64,000 bases of DNA from an uncultured Planctomycetota bacterium (GCA_963719315.1 CAVRBU010000002.1:1696001-1760000); one strand, 5' to 3'. Positions 1-12,807 are shown, counted from the stretch's first letter. Notes: generated by a model not told the origin, from the letters alone. Numbers and translations are program-made.

Positions 1-91
1 GCGGCCGAGTCGCGCTAAGGACAGTTTGGAGGACAGGCGCCGAATCGAAATTACCGGCAACAAATCCTCTCGAACCCACACGGTGTGAAGG

Positions 92-1035
92 ATGGACCTC
101 CGCAGGGAAGATCTCAAGCGGACAACTCGCGCACCGGCCAAACTCAATCTCTTCTTAGATTTGTTGGGCCGCCGCGAGGATGGCTTCCATGAAGTGGAGA
201 CCATCATGGTGCCGATTCGGCTAGCCGACTCGGTCACATTTCAGCCGGTTCGTCCCGCCGATGGCAACGTGCCCGGTGAGGTACTGCTGGACGTTTGTGC
301 TTGTGCGCCCTGCGCTCGCCGCAAGAAAATGCGGTTATCCCTTCGGGTCCGGAAAACCTGGTCGTCCGCGCGCTCAAACTGCTCCAAGAACGCAGCGGCT
401 GCGAACAAGGCGCTCGGGTGGAGCTGGTGAAACGCATTCCGGCGGCGGCAGGGCTGGGAGGCGGATCCAGCGACGCAGCCGCGGCGCTGCGTTTGGCCAA
501 CCGGGGTTGGCAACTTCACTGGAGCGACGAGCGGCTGGCCGAATTGGCCGCCGAAATCGGCAGCGATGTTCCGTTTTTTCTATCCAGCGGTGCGGCTTTA
601 TGCCGCGGGCGCGGGGAGCGTGTCGAACGCTTGCCGCCGCTTAAGCCGCTCGATTTGGTGATCGTCAAGCCGCCTGTTGAATTTGCTACTGCGGACGTTT
701 ATCGAACTTATGATGCCTTGCCGGAACAATCGGCAAACTCGACGGGCGAAAGCGGTGGAGTGTCGGAGTTCGTCGCTGGGCTGGCAGGTGGTCGAATTCG
801 AGACCTTGGCCGGCGCATGCGGAATGCTCTGCAGAAAGCCGCGAGTTCGATTTCGCCGTGGGTCGATAAGTTAAGGATTGTGTTCGACGGACAGGACTTC
901 GTCGGGCACCAGCTTTCGGGCAGTGGGTCAGCCTATTTTGGCGTTTGCCGCTCTGCACAGCACGCAGCGCGGTTGGCTAATATCCTTCGAACGCAGCAAT
1001 TGGGACTCGTCTACGCCACACGCAGTTGTCGGTAG
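92..1035 (+). CDS. ispE: 4-diphosphocytidyl-2-C-methyl-D-erythritol kinase, split by an apparent 1-nt indel near 306-311
   Basis: [19 protein letters not shown] in ORF 92..430; [25 protein letters not shown] and LSGSGS in ORF 295..1035. Confidence 0.93.
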
Positions 1036-1061
1036 TTCGCGCCGAGCGCAAGGAGAATACC

Positions 1062-1700
1062 GTGGAGATCACCGAGGTTCGCATCAAGCTCATGGAAGAG
1101 CCGGGAGAGCGCCTGAAAGCATTTTGTTCGATTACTTTCGATAATTGCTTTGTCATCCGGGATTTGAAGATCATCGACGGCTCGAATGGCCCGTTCGTTG
1201 CGATGCCGAGCCGCAAGCTTACGGCCCACTGCCCCGGCTGCGGGATGAAAAATCATCTCCGGGCCCAATACTGCAATCAATGCGGCAAGCGGCTGGCCGA
1301 CGCCCGGGCGCCGAAAGACGCCGAGGGGCGGGCGAAGTTGTACGCCGACATCGCGCATCCGATCAATTCATTTTGTCGCGAGATGATTCAAGAAGTTGTC
1401 GTCAACGAATACTACGACGAGATCGAGCGCGCGAAGCAACCCGGTTATGTTTCGCGCTACGATGATTTTGATTTCGAGTACAGTGACTCGCCTCGGAGTC
1501 GTCCGGCGCGGTTCGATCAACCGCATGCGCACCCGGCGGAGCAGCCGCATGGGCGGCTGAACGCGAAGGGTCCAGTGGCCTCGGAGAGCGGCGGAAAGCC
1601 GCATTTTCGCCGCGATTCCGCGGCGGATTCGCGCGATGTGGCCGCGCCGCCCCCGCCCACGACGGGCAGCGGTTTTGGCGCCGGGATCTTTTCGGAATAG
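1062..1700 (+). CDS. spoVG: SpoVG family regulator with CxxC...CxxC insert and disordered C-terminal tail
   Basis: GTG start after [46 protein letters not shown] and CNQC. Confidence 0.9.
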   Translation: MEITEVRIKLMEEPGERLKAFCSITFDNCFVIRDLKIIDGSNGPFVAMPSRKLTAHCPGCGMKNHLRAQYCNQCGKRLADARAPKDAEGRAKLYADIAHPINSFCREMIQEVVVNEYYDEIERAKQPGYVSRYDDFDFEYSDSPRSRPARFDQPHAHPAEQPHGRLNAKGPVASESGGKPHFRRDSAADSRDVAAPPPPTTGSGFGAGIFSE

Positions 1701-2158
1701 GCGCGAAACGATCGCGCTCGAAAGCGTTTCACGCGCGCTTGCGCGCGTTGGCGAAAGCAATTCACGCGCGAGCGCGGTGCAATCGTTTGATTGCGTATTG
1801 GTAAACCGACGTGCGCAAGCATTATCAACGCGCTAGTTGATCGCAACGATAAACATGTTGCGCGCCATTTTGCCCGTCTATCCCAATTATCGAAGTCCAC
1901 CAAAAGTGTGCACGCTCGCCGACCGATATATTTTGTGCGGACGGTACGGTGCGGCTATCTCTCAGACTGGGGCCGGAACCCCCAACACGAACGGCGAGAC
2001 GAATCTGGCAGATTCGCTCGCGTTCATCCCCCGGCATTAACCAGCGTACGGATTTGCGGCCAAGTGGCCCCTTGCGGCTACAGGTACGCGCCGAACGACC
2101 GCCAAGGAATAAATATCGATCAGCATAGAAATCCATAAACATAAAGGTTTGCTTCCTC

Positions 2159-2464
2159 ATGCCGACGGAAATTCAGCGGCTTGATGACTTACACTCCCTA
2201 CGACGTTATGTAACTGAAACCCTGTGCGAAAAGGACCAACTCGAAACCAATTCGTTTCCCTTGTATGAAAAAGTGCTGGTGCGAGGCGGATCGCCCTGCG
2301 GCGTGTACTTCTGCCTCTACGGCCCCCGTTCGCTGTACCTCGCGGCAATTTGGGAGACCGACAGCAATACGATTTTGTTTTACGGTTCGCGCGGCGAGCG
2401 GTTCCGCAAGACGCAACTGATAGCAGCACCCCGAATCGACGACGTAGTCGGCTCGCCACAATAG
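2159..2464 (+). CDS. hypothetical protein (101 aa), probably conserved in planctomycetes
   Basis: protein-like ORF with PCGVYFCLYGPR, AIWETDSN and FYGSRGERF segments. Confidence 0.7.
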   Translation: MPTEIQRLDDLHSLRRYVTETLCEKDQLETNSFPLYEKVLVRGGSPCGVYFCLYGPRSLYLAAIWETDSNTILFYGSRGERFRKTQLIAAPRIDDVVGSPQ

Positions 2465-2568
2465 ATTTACGGCGGATTGATCGGGCATCAGAACGCCACG
2501 TTCGGCGTGCCCGGCGATGTCAGGGACGATTCATATCGGCTTGGGGAAGTTTCTCTCCGAGGCCAGAC

Positions 2569-2615
2569 TTGACCAGCACCGGGCAGTGGTTTACTATACA
2601 TAGTTACACTGCCCG
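2569..2615 (+). promoter_or_regulatory. sigma70-type promoter of csrA with overlapping inverted repeat
   Basis: TTGACC(2569)-17 bp-TACTAT(2592); CGGGCAGTG(2580)/CACTGCCCG(2607) flank the -10 box. Confidence 0.55.
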
Positions 2616-2638
2616 CTATAAATACACGGAGGTTGGCG

Positions 2639-2857
2639 ATGCTTGTTCTATCCAGGAAGGAATCCCAGCGGATTCGATTGGGCGATTCCATCGTAATCAC
2701 GATCGTGAAAATCTCGGGAGATAAGGTGCGGGTCGGGATCGAAGCTCCCAGCAACGTGCTTGTGCTGCGGGATGAATTGGAAGCGCACGCCCCGGCGGTC
2801 GAGGGCAAAGAGCTGACGCAAGCAGTCGAAGCGGCGGCCTTGCGACACTCGGCATGA
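2639..2857 (+). CDS. csrA: carbon storage regulator CsrA
   Basis: MLVLSRKESQRIRLGDSIVITIVKISGDKVRVGIEAPSNVLVLRDEL; GGAGG RBS. Confidence 0.95.
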   Translation: MLVLSRKESQRIRLGDSIVITIVKISGDKVRVGIEAPSNVLVLRDELEAHAPAVEGKELTQAVEAAALRHSA

Positions 2858-3007
2858 ACCGCATTTCGCAGTCGCTTGCTGTTAATCGCTAAGCCGCGAG
2901 CATGGATTGCGCCGGCCGGCGCAAATAACAACGCCGTCGCAGCCAAGTGTGAGGCTGCGACGGCGTTAGTGCTTTAAGGGGCCGTGCCCGAAACCGGCGC
3001 GACTCCG

Positions 3008-3238
3008 CTAATCGCGGGGGCGAATCGCGCCCGTAAGACCGCTATAGTCGCCGCGGTCGTCATCGTGCCAGAGAGGTTGTCCGCGCCGAACGCGGTCGGC
3101 CAAAATCTCGAGCTTCTCGCGAGTGCCGGCCGGCGCCTGGGTGGCCTTGAAAGCGTCATCTCGTTTGGGGGCGAAATCCTCATCGTGGCCATATTTGAGG
3201 ATCGCCTCAAATACGTTTTTGAGAGTAGGATCGGGCAT
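3008..3238 (-). CDS. small hypothetical protein (76 aa)
   Basis: AAGGA RBS; TQAPAGTREKLEILADRVRRGQPLWHDDDR resembles a planctomycete small-protein family. Confidence 0.75.
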   Translation of the reverse strand: MPDPTLKNVFEAILKYGHDEDFAPKRDDAFKATQAPAGTREKLEILADRVRRGQPLWHDDDRGDYSGLTGAIRPRD

Positions 3239-3422
3239 AGTTCGAATTCCTTAAAGTTTGTAGACCGAGATCGTCGCGGTTTGTAACGCGAGGCGAGCGG
3301 GCATCCAAGTCGCCGCATTTAGGGAGAATTCAGTTCCGCAGCCGGCCAAGTAAATAATCAGGTGGGTGCGTCTTTGGTGGGTGGCCGGCTGAGCAGTTTT
3401 TTAACGCTGCCTTGATCAAACG

Positions 3423-3450
3423 ATTATTGTCGACCCCAGTCCAATGTCAA
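3423..3450 (-). promoter_or_regulatory. sigma70-type promoter for the 76-aa gene
   Basis: TTGACA-16 bp-AATAAT on the minus strand. Confidence 0.5.
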
Positions 3451-3708
3451 GTTTTTTCACCCCATCAAAAACGGTCATTTTCCTGGCAGGCGACGTTTGA
3501 CGTAAAACCTTGCGGTTTGGGCAAATAGGCCGGCTTTGGGGCACGAAATCAGGCCGAAATCCGGGGCGGATGTCGGACTCCTGCATTAGTAAGTATGCTG
3601 GTCGGCGGCCAAAGGTTCGCGCGAATCAAAGAATTCTTCGACTCTGTTCGGGCTGGGAGGAAACTTTCAGCGAATTCGAGCCCCCCCGGTTGGTTTCAGT
3701 GGTTTATT

Positions 3709-4134
3709 ATGCCCTGGATACAGCAAACACTTACGCTGCCGGCCATGTCCCGCGGATTTCATCTCATCACGCGGGAGGTGCTTGCCGCCGTGACGGAGCT
3801 AGCGCAGATCGAGACGGGCCTGTTGCACGTGTTCATTCAGCACACGTCGGCGTCCCTCACGATCAACGAGAACGCCGACCCCGATGTGCCGGCGGACTTG
3901 GAGAACTCGTTCTCGGCAATCGCGCCAGAGGATTTTCCGTATCGCCACACTTGCGAAGGGCCCGACGATATGCCGGCCCATGTGAAGGCCGCCCTATTGG
4001 GCAGCAGCGTGTCGATCCCGGTTGCCGCGGGCAAGCTGTGCCTGGGCACTTGGCAGGGGATCTATCTGTGTGAGCACCGGGAGCGCGGCGGGCGGCGGAG
4101 GTTGGTGGTGACTCTGTGGGGTGAGGGGAAGTAG
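3709..4134 (+). CDS. yjbQ: YjbQ/UPF0047 secondary thiamine-phosphate synthase family protein
   Basis: HTSASLTINENADPDV, EGPDDMPAHVK, LGTWQGIYLCEHR. Confidence 0.92.
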   Translation: MPWIQQTLTLPAMSRGFHLITREVLAAVTELAQIETGLLHVFIQHTSASLTINENADPDVPADLENSFSAIAPEDFPYRHTCEGPDDMPAHVKAALLGSSVSIPVAAGKLCLGTWQGIYLCEHRERGGRRRLVVTLWGEGK

Positions 4135-4215
4135 GTCCCGCTTGCCGAGCGGGACCACACAAAAGTCAATATCGTTCGCGAGTCGCTCAGGTCCCTTCCG
4201 GCAGAAGGGACCTAC
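4131..4215. repeat. GTAG-tagged REP doublet between convergent genes
   Basis: GTAGGTCCCGCTTGCCGAGCGGGACC ... GGTCCCTTCCGGCAGAAGGGACCTAC. Confidence 0.8.
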
Positions 4216-5810
4216 TACGCAGTGCGGTCGAAGTAGGAGAAGCTGCCCTGGATTTGGGCCCAGGTCATCGTGACGAGGCCGTAGGACGTACCCCACGGGT
4301 TGAATAGCGTCACGGTTTGGTTCGAGGCGTTGTAACTCAGGACCGCGTAGGCGTGATTGCCGACGACGGAGCTGGAAGCGGGCGTGGACTTCGAGGCGAA
4401 GCCGATTGATTTGCCCTGGTTGTACGCGTTCACAAAGTTCGTGAAGCTGGACGTGCCTGCCGTTGAGGCGAACGCGATGGTGGATTGGCCCGAGATTTGG
4501 CCGAGTGCGGCGTAGATGTAGCCACCTTCGATGCCCGAGTAGGCGTTTTGGCCGTTGCCGGGCAGGCCAGGGCGTAGCCAGCCCATTTCGTTGATCTGCA
4601 CGTAGGCTTTCTCGGCCAGGGCAGTCCAGAGCTCGTTGGCGGTGTTGTTGTACGCGGCGCCCAGGCTGGCGTAGATCAGTCGGCCAGCGCTGTCGGTGGG
4701 CAGATACGAGTCAACGGTGACGTAAGCGGCCTGACCGCCGTTGTAGAACTTCACGGTGTACGTGCCATCGCCGTTGGCGACGAACATGTTGGCGATGGCC
4801 GACGGGTTTTTGAGTGCGGTTTCGGCCAGCGACGTCATGAAATAGCAGTCACCCAGATAGCCCTGCTTGATGTCGGCATACGTTGCGCCGCCGACGAACA
4901 ATTGGCCGGCGATCTGGCGATAGGCGCCGCCTGCCGTGGGGCGATCTAGGCCCAAAAACCACTTGTTGATCAGGTTGTCCATCTGGGCGGTCGTGGAGCC
5001 GGCGCCGAGGTTGCCGAGCGACTGCCCCTGGTATTTTGCGTTGGCAGCGTTGCCCGATACGATATAGGTTGAGAGCTTCCACACGTAGTCGAACGTGCCA
5101 AACAACGAGGAGTTGCCGGAGATCGCTTGCAGGTCGGTAAACTCGGTCGCGTCGACCGTGCCGCCGTCCTCGACGCTTTTCAGGAGGGCGATCATGTCGT
5201 TGCGGTCGATGAGGTCGTCGGCGTACAGATTGTGACCGAGCGTGCGGAGCGCGGCATCAACCACGTGCGAGTCGAACCAGTTGCTGGACGAGGACGAATT
5301 ATTGTCCCAGCTCAACTCGATGCCATCTAAAAAGGCCGCACCGAGTGTGGAAACCGAGAGAGTATGCGGTTTGCCGTTGAGCGTCACGTCGTGGCCATCG
5401 GCGAGGTGTATCAAGTCGAAGCCCGCGCTCGGTTTAACCGTAATACTTTCGGACAGAGCTTGCGTCCCTCCATTCGAGAGGCTGTCGAACGACACCGTGT
5501 CGTTTCCCTTTTTCGCATCAATCGTAATCGAGTTGACGCTAGCGGACGACCACGAGCCCTTCACGCCGGCGATTGAGATCACACCAGCGGTTTGGCAAAA
5601 GTTGAGTGCGTCGTTGTGCTTCGTACCGGAGACTTTCAGCACGCCGGATTTGAGCGTGGCCGAAACGGCCATCATCTCGCGTCGTTCGAGATCTTCGAAT
5701 TGAAGATGGCGGGAACGAACTGGGCGGGAGTTCTTCACGGCGACCCTACGAAACATGCGCCTGTGCGAGACGCGTGAAAAGCGATCTGCCCGTCGAAGAC
5801 GGTCACTCAT
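4215..5810 (-). CDS. secreted calpain-like (C2 family) cysteine peptidase
   Basis: LQFEDLERREMMA planctomycete extracellular signal; catalytic QGYLGDCY, GNHAY and LFNPWG; LAEKAY. Confidence 0.85.
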   Translation of the reverse strand: MSDRLRRADRFSRVSHRRMFRRVAVKNSRPVRSRHLQFEDLERREMMAVSATLKSGVLKVSGTKHNDALNFCQTAGVISIAGVKGSWSSASVNSITIDAKKGNDTVSFDSLSNGGTQALSESITVKPSAGFDLIHLADGHDVTLNGKPHTLSVSTLGAAFLDGIELSWDNNSSSSSNWFDSHVVDAALRTLGHNLYADDLIDRNDMIALLKSVEDGGTVDATEFTDLQAISGNSSLFGTFDYVWKLSTYIVSGNAANAKYQGQSLGNLGAGSTTAQMDNLINKWFLGLDRPTAGGAYRQIAGQLFVGGATYADIKQGYLGDCYFMTSLAETALKNPSAIANMFVANGDGTYTVKFYNGGQAAYVTVDSYLPTDSAGRLIYASLGAAYNNTANELWTALAEKAYVQINEMGWLRPGLPGNGQNAYSGIEGGYIYAALGQISGQSTIAFASTAGTSSFTNFVNAYNQGKSIGFASKSTPASSSVVGNHAYAVLSYNASNQTVTLFNPWGTSYGLVTMTWAQIQGSFSYFDRTA

Positions 5811-5932
5811 TTACGAGAGCAAGGAAAAGCGTTGACCGACAAAGCGGTTGACGTGGTTGGACGCCACACGGACTATCCAATCGAAAACGTAGGTCAGATT
5901 CGACCGGGCGTCAAACGGGGAGACGGAGCTGG

Positions 5933-5996
5933 GTAGCTGAAGTCGCAAGACTTCAGGTAAAGGCGGCACATTCGGAATTCTTGCGAATTCCGCTAC
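5933..5996. repeat. GTAG-tagged REP doublet
   Basis: GTAGCTGAAGTCGCAAGACTTCAG ... GGAATTCTTGCGAATTCCGCTAC. Confidence 0.8.
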
Positions 5997-6020
5997 GAAT
6001 TCATGCACATGATTACGCGG

Positions 6021-6401
6021 CTAGCGTCGTGAAAGCACGCCAATCGTGCGTTGCAGCGCGATGGCCATCAGAAAGGCGCTGGCGATCAAGTCGAGGGCCT
6101 GGCACGCGTCCAGGCTATTGCCGGTGGAGTACGCGGCGTGGAATGTAGCTCCAATGAACAGGCCGTAGAGGGCCGCATAGGTAGCGGCGTGCAGCAGAAC
6201 GATGGATACGAGGGCGGGCGAGCTGCGGAAACGGGCGAGCGTGGCTTCCGTTGCGCCGAGTGCCAGAATCGCGAAGGCCGTTACGACCGGCACGGCCGGA
6301 ATCCAGGTCGCGGCGATCAAGATTGCGAGTCCCGCGCCGATGAGAAACGCCGAAGAACTGGCAAAAGCAGCCGTGCGCGATTGAAGAACTGTGCGATTCA
6401 T
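6021..6401 (-). CDS. hypothetical membrane protein (about 4 TM segments)
   Basis: 126-aa ORF with four hydrophobic stretches. Confidence 0.6.
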   Translation of the reverse strand: MNRTVLQSRTAAFASSSAFLIGAGLAILIAATWIPAVPVVTAFAILALGATEATLARFRSSPALVSIVLLHAATYAALYGLFIGATFHAAYSTGNSLDACQALDLIASAFLMAIALQRTIGVLSRR

Positions 6402-6747
6402 GGCGTCGATCGGATGGTGATTCGAACAGCGATGATTTCATTCTGATTACCGGGTGCAAGTGCGTCCACCTCCGACCGGAGTTACAATGAAGTCGGAATT
6501 CTCGATCCAATCCGGCCGATCACCATGAACGTGCGGCGTACGCGCGTTGTAATGGAACCCCCAGCGGCAACGGCACGCTGCGCGGCGGTTGGCGGCGAAA
6601 GTGCCGGCCGAGCACCGCGAAGTGGTCGATCGAGTGCTGCACGATAAGATCGGGCCGCAAATGATGCCGTCTGACAAGGCAGCATCTCAAGACGCGAACG
6701 GGTAAAGTGTAGCAACCCAACTGTGATGCCAGGACGCTACAGATCAC

Positions 6748-8850
<2,103 letters not shown>

Positions 8851-9291
8851 GAAAGAAAATGCGTAAGGGCGTGATTAGGTAAGCAGGTGAGTCAGCGAAT
8901 CGACCGGCGGCAGCAATCGGTCGCTTGATTGACATACTCGATGAGTCACCTTCTGGCATTTGTGGGGAAACCGCCTGCAACCTCTATGGTAGGTGTCTAG
9001 GGCCGAAAAAACAACGAATCGCCGGGACCTGCAAGGTAGCAGCGGGCCGGAGTCTCCGCTTGCTGCAAATGGCGGAGCCTCATAGAATGACCTGTTCGCC
9101 GCATTTTGCCGAGGCCGTTGCGCGGCCGCGGATTGGCAATCGCTACCACCATCAAAACCATACGTTGCGGCGAGACCTTGTGACTGCGTGCGAACTTGCG
9201 TCGCAAACGTCACGATCGTATCTAATTGATAGTTCCCGCACCCTGTACGTCGTTTCGGCCGAATTGTTTTCCCTCACCGCGAACTGGGCCG

Positions 9292-10455
9292 ATGCCTGCT
9301 GCCACGAAGAATATCGCGGTCTTTGGCTCGACGGGGAGCATCGGCACGAGCGCCTTGGAAGTGATCGCGGCGAGCGAGGGCCGGCTGCAGGTGGCAGCAC
9401 TGTCGGCGCACTGCCGGTTGCCGCAATTGCTGGAACAGGCTCGGAAATTCCAACCGCAATGGGTCGTGGCCACAGACAAAAAACCGGCCCGCGCGTTCGA
9501 TTGGTCCAGCTTGCCGCCGGGGACGGAGTTGATCGTCGGGAGCGAAGGGCTGACGCGCGTGGCGGCGGCGCCGGAAGTGGACGTCGTGCTGGCTGCGATC
9601 GTCGGGAGCGCGGGACTGCGGAGCACCTGGGCGGCGCTCGAGGGCAAGAAAACGGTCGCGCTGGCGAATAAGGAAACGCTCGTGATGGCAGGCAGCCTCG
9701 TGACGCGGCTGGCGGCCGAACGCGGCGCGACGATTCTGCCCGTCGATAGCGAGCACAGCGCGATTTTCCAGGCGCTGCGTGCTGGGCGGCATGAGGAAGT
9801 CCGGCGGATCGTGTTGACGGCCAGCGGCGGACCGTTCCGCGAATTGTCGCTCGACGAGTTGAAGCAAGTGACGGTCGATGACGCGCTGGCCCATCCCACC
9901 TGGGAAATGGGCCCGAAAATCACCGTCGATTCGGCCACGATGATGAACAAGGCGCTGGAGATCATTGAATCCCGCTGGCTGTTCGATCTCAGCGCGGAAC
10001 AAATCGAGGTGGTGATTCATCCGCAGTCGATCGTGCACTCGTTGGTGGAATTCATCGACGGCTCGGTGATTGCACAGCTTAGTCCGCCCGATATGCGGCT
10101 GCCGATTCAGTACGCGCTGGAGTATCCACATCGTCGAGCGGGCATTGCGGAGCGATTGGAATGGCACAAATCGTGGCAGTTGGAGTTCGAGCCGGCCGAC
10201 CCGGAGCGATCCCCGGCGCTGGCGCTGGGGTATGAATGTGCGCGGTCCGGCGGCACGAGTGGGGCGGTGCTCAATGCGGCCAACGAAGCGGCCGTAAAGG
10301 CGTTTTTGGAGGGTGAGCTACACTTCACCGAGATCGTGCCGGCATGCCGCAGCGTATTGGAGGCACATCATTTCGAATCGGATCCCACGTTGGAACAATT
10401 GGAAGAGTTCGATCGCTGGGCCAGGCAGGAGGTAACGCGGTGGGTTTGTGCGTGA
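9292..10455 (+). CDS. dxr: 1-deoxy-D-xylulose-5-phosphate reductoisomerase
   Basis: GSTGSIG, LANKE, LPVDSEHSAIFQ, HPTWEMGPKITVDSATMMNK. Confidence 0.97.
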   Translation: MPAATKNIAVFGSTGSIGTSALEVIAASEGRLQVAALSAHCRLPQLLEQARKFQPQWVVATDKKPARAFDWSSLPPGTELIVGSEGLTRVAAAPEVDVVLAAIVGSAGLRSTWAALEGKKTVALANKETLVMAGSLVTRLAAERGATILPVDSEHSAIFQALRAGRHEEVRRIVLTASGGPFRELSLDELKQVTVDDALAHPTWEMGPKITVDSATMMNKALEIIESRWLFDLSAEQIEVVIHPQSIVHSLVEFIDGSVIAQLSPPDMRLPIQYALEYPHRRAGIAERLEWHKSWQLEFEPADPERSPALALGYECARSGGTSGAVLNAANEAAVKAFLEGELHFTEIVPACRSVLEAHHFESDPTLEQLEEFDRWARQEVTRWVCA

Positions 10456-10457
10456 AA

Positions 10458-10556
10458 GTCAGGTGTCAGGTTTCGGGTGTCAGGGCGAGATCCGACACCT
10501 GACACCTGACACCCGAAACCTGACACCTGACACCTGACACCTGACACCTGACACCC
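10458..10556. repeat. 7-bp-unit tandem/inverted repeat (TGACACC)n
   Basis: GTCAGGT units followed by about nine TGACACC-type units; can fold back on itself. Confidence 0.9.
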
Positions 10557-10574
10557 ATTGCGATTGGCGCTTCG

Positions 10575-12740
10575 ATGGATTCATTGACTCATATTGGTTT
10601 GCTCGCCGCCTTCGACTGGACCACCATCCGGTGGTGGCTCGAAGTCGTGCCGAAAGTCGCTATCGGTCTGGGCGCGGTGGTCTTCGTCCACGAATTAGGC
10701 CATTTTCTGGTGGCCAAGGCGTGCGGCGTAAAGTGCGAAAAATTCATGATCGGTTTCGACATCGGCGGCTACAAGATAGCGCGGCGGTGGGGAGAAACGC
10801 TGTACGGGATCGGCATCCTGCCGTTGGGCGGCTACGTGAAGATGCTGGGACAAGATGATGACCCGGCCCATATCGCCGAGCAGATGCAGAAGTCGCAAAT
10901 CGATGCCCAGAGCGAAAACGCGAAGCTCATCAAAGGCCCGAACGGCGAGACGTACTTCGTCGATCGCCGCAGCTACCTGGCCAAGAGCGTACCGCAACGG
11001 ATGGCGATCATTTCGGCCGGCGTGATCATGAACATCATTTTCGCGTTCATCTTTGCCGTGATCGCGTATGGCATGGGTGTGCCATACATGCCGTCGATCA
11101 TTTCGGAAACGATACCCGGCTCAGCGGCGTGGCAGGCGGGGCTGGAGCCGGGCGATGAGATCGTCAAGCTCGGCGATCGCACGGACCCGACGTTCGTGCA
11201 ATTGATGGGCGGCGTGACCTTAGGAGACACGAAAAACGGAATCGTTTGCGACGTGCTCAACGCGGCCAATGGCGAAATCAAAACCGTAACACTCACGCCG
11301 CAACAGAAGAACGGAGGGCTCGCGATGATCGGCGTGAGCGGGCCGAAATCGTTGGTGCTATCGGACATACTCCCCTATTTGGACAATTCGCCGGCGGCCG
11401 AAGCGCGGCTCATTTCGCCGCCGGAGAAGGAGCTGAAGCAGGGCAAACCCGAACTGCAGAGTGGCGACAAGATCGTGAAAATCGGCGATACGCCGGTAAA
11501 GACGTTCCGTGATTTCGCGGCCGAACTTGCTCGGCAGCCTGAGAAAGCGTTGGAAATCACGATCGAGCGGCCAGTCAAGTCTGCCAGCAAAAGAACCGGC
11601 ACTGCGGATTCGCCCGAACCGGTGACCTTGAAATTCGAAGTGCCGGCGCACACGCTGCGCGAATTCGGTTTGGCGATGAAGATTGAGCCGATCACGGCGG
11701 TCCAGGTGAATTCGCCGGCAAGTGTGGCTGGTTTGAAGGTAGGCGACGTGATTGAAACGGTCGATGGCAAGGCAGCGGGTGAGTCGGGTGGATGGACGCC
11801 CGATAGTTTGCCGGACTTGATGCGGCAGGCGGCGGAGCAAAAACGCGAAGTTGAATTGGTGGTGCTGCGAAGCGCCGCGAGCACTGCGGCGCCGGAGCGA
11901 GTCACCGTGCGCGTCGCGCCGCGAGTTCCCACGATGTATTATTCCGGCGCCACGATTGGCGCTCCGCAAGGCGTGGAGGCTTTGGGGATCGCTTATCGCG
12001 TATCGAATGAAGTGCAATCGGTCGCGCCGGGAGGTTCGGCAGCCCAAGCGGGAATCAAGCCTGGCGACGTAGTCGTCAAGGCGACCGTGGAGTATCCGAA
12101 TGATAAGAACGGTAAACCGGTGAAACCATTCGATCTGGAATTGGACAAGGATTCGGCTGCTTGGACGGTGCTGGTCGATTCCGTACAGCTTTTGCCTCCG
12201 AAAGCGACCGTTACCCTCACGCTTGCAGGCTCCGGCGAGTCGAAAAGTCGCGACGTGAAAATCACGCCGGCGCCGGTGGCGGACGTGTATAGCGCGTTGC
12301 GCGGCTTCGTGTTCGAACCGATCAAGAAAACACGGACTGCATCAACATTTGCGGATCAGTTGCGCTTCGGCTGGGACGAAACGACTGATGCGTTGTTGAT
12401 GGTCGTGCGGTTTCTAAAGAAACTCGGCACGCAGGTTCCGCTGACGATGCTGGGCGGCCCCGGAACGATCGCGGCGGCGGCCGGCGGGGCGGCCTCGCAG
12501 GGTCTATCGTCGCTATTGATCTTTCTGACGATGCTCAGCGCGAATCTGGCGGTGATCAATTTCTTGCCGATCCCGCTGCTCGATGGCGGGCACATGATGT
12601 TCCTAGCCTACGAGGGCCTGCGCGGCAGGCCCGCGAACGAGCGCGTGGTCGTGGCCCTGCACACGGCCGGCTTTGTGTTCATCATCAGCCTGATGCTGTT
12701 CGTGATCGGGCTGGATATTCAGCGATGGGTTTTCAGGTAG
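10575..12740 (+). CDS. rseP: RseP/M50 site-2 protease with multiple PDZ domains
   Basis: HELGH, PLGGYVKM, NFLPIPLLDGGH; dxr-rseP synteny. Confidence 0.92.
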   Translation: MDSLTHIGLLAAFDWTTIRWWLEVVPKVAIGLGAVVFVHELGHFLVAKACGVKCEKFMIGFDIGGYKIARRWGETLYGIGILPLGGYVKMLGQDDDPAHIAEQMQKSQIDAQSENAKLIKGPNGETYFVDRRSYLAKSVPQRMAIISAGVIMNIIFAFIFAVIAYGMGVPYMPSIISETIPGSAAWQAGLEPGDEIVKLGDRTDPTFVQLMGGVTLGDTKNGIVCDVLNAANGEIKTVTLTPQQKNGGLAMIGVSGPKSLVLSDILPYLDNSPAAEARLISPPEKELKQGKPELQSGDKIVKIGDTPVKTFRDFAAELARQPEKALEITIERPVKSASKRTGTADSPEPVTLKFEVPAHTLREFGLAMKIEPITAVQVNSPASVAGLKVGDVIETVDGKAAGESGGWTPDSLPDLMRQAAEQKREVELVVLRSAASTAAPERVTVRVAPRVPTMYYSGATIGAPQGVEALGIAYRVSNEVQSVAPGGSAAQAGIKPGDVVVKATVEYPNDKNGKPVKPFDLELDKDSAAWTVLVDSVQLLPPKATVTLTLAGSGESKSRDVKITPAPVADVYSALRGFVFEPIKKTRTASTFADQLRFGWDETTDALLMVVRFLKKLGTQVPLTMLGGPGTIAAAAGGAASQGLSSLLIFLTMLSANLAVINFLPIPLLDGGHMMFLAYEGLRGRPANERVVVALHTAGFVFIISLMLFVIGLDIQRWVFR

Positions 12741-12807
12741 CGAAACGCGCCCGGCGCGGACTGGCCGCTGAAGCGACCAGTCCGTTGTACGCGGGATGCG
12801 ACGGTTG

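Noticed and set aside
6447..6747. Gene or riboswitch downstream of ftsH
   Set aside because: Three overlapping short ORFs, none protein-like, and no recognisable RNA motif
10458..10556. CRISPR array
   Set aside because: 7-bp tandem units with no unique spacers and no cas genes
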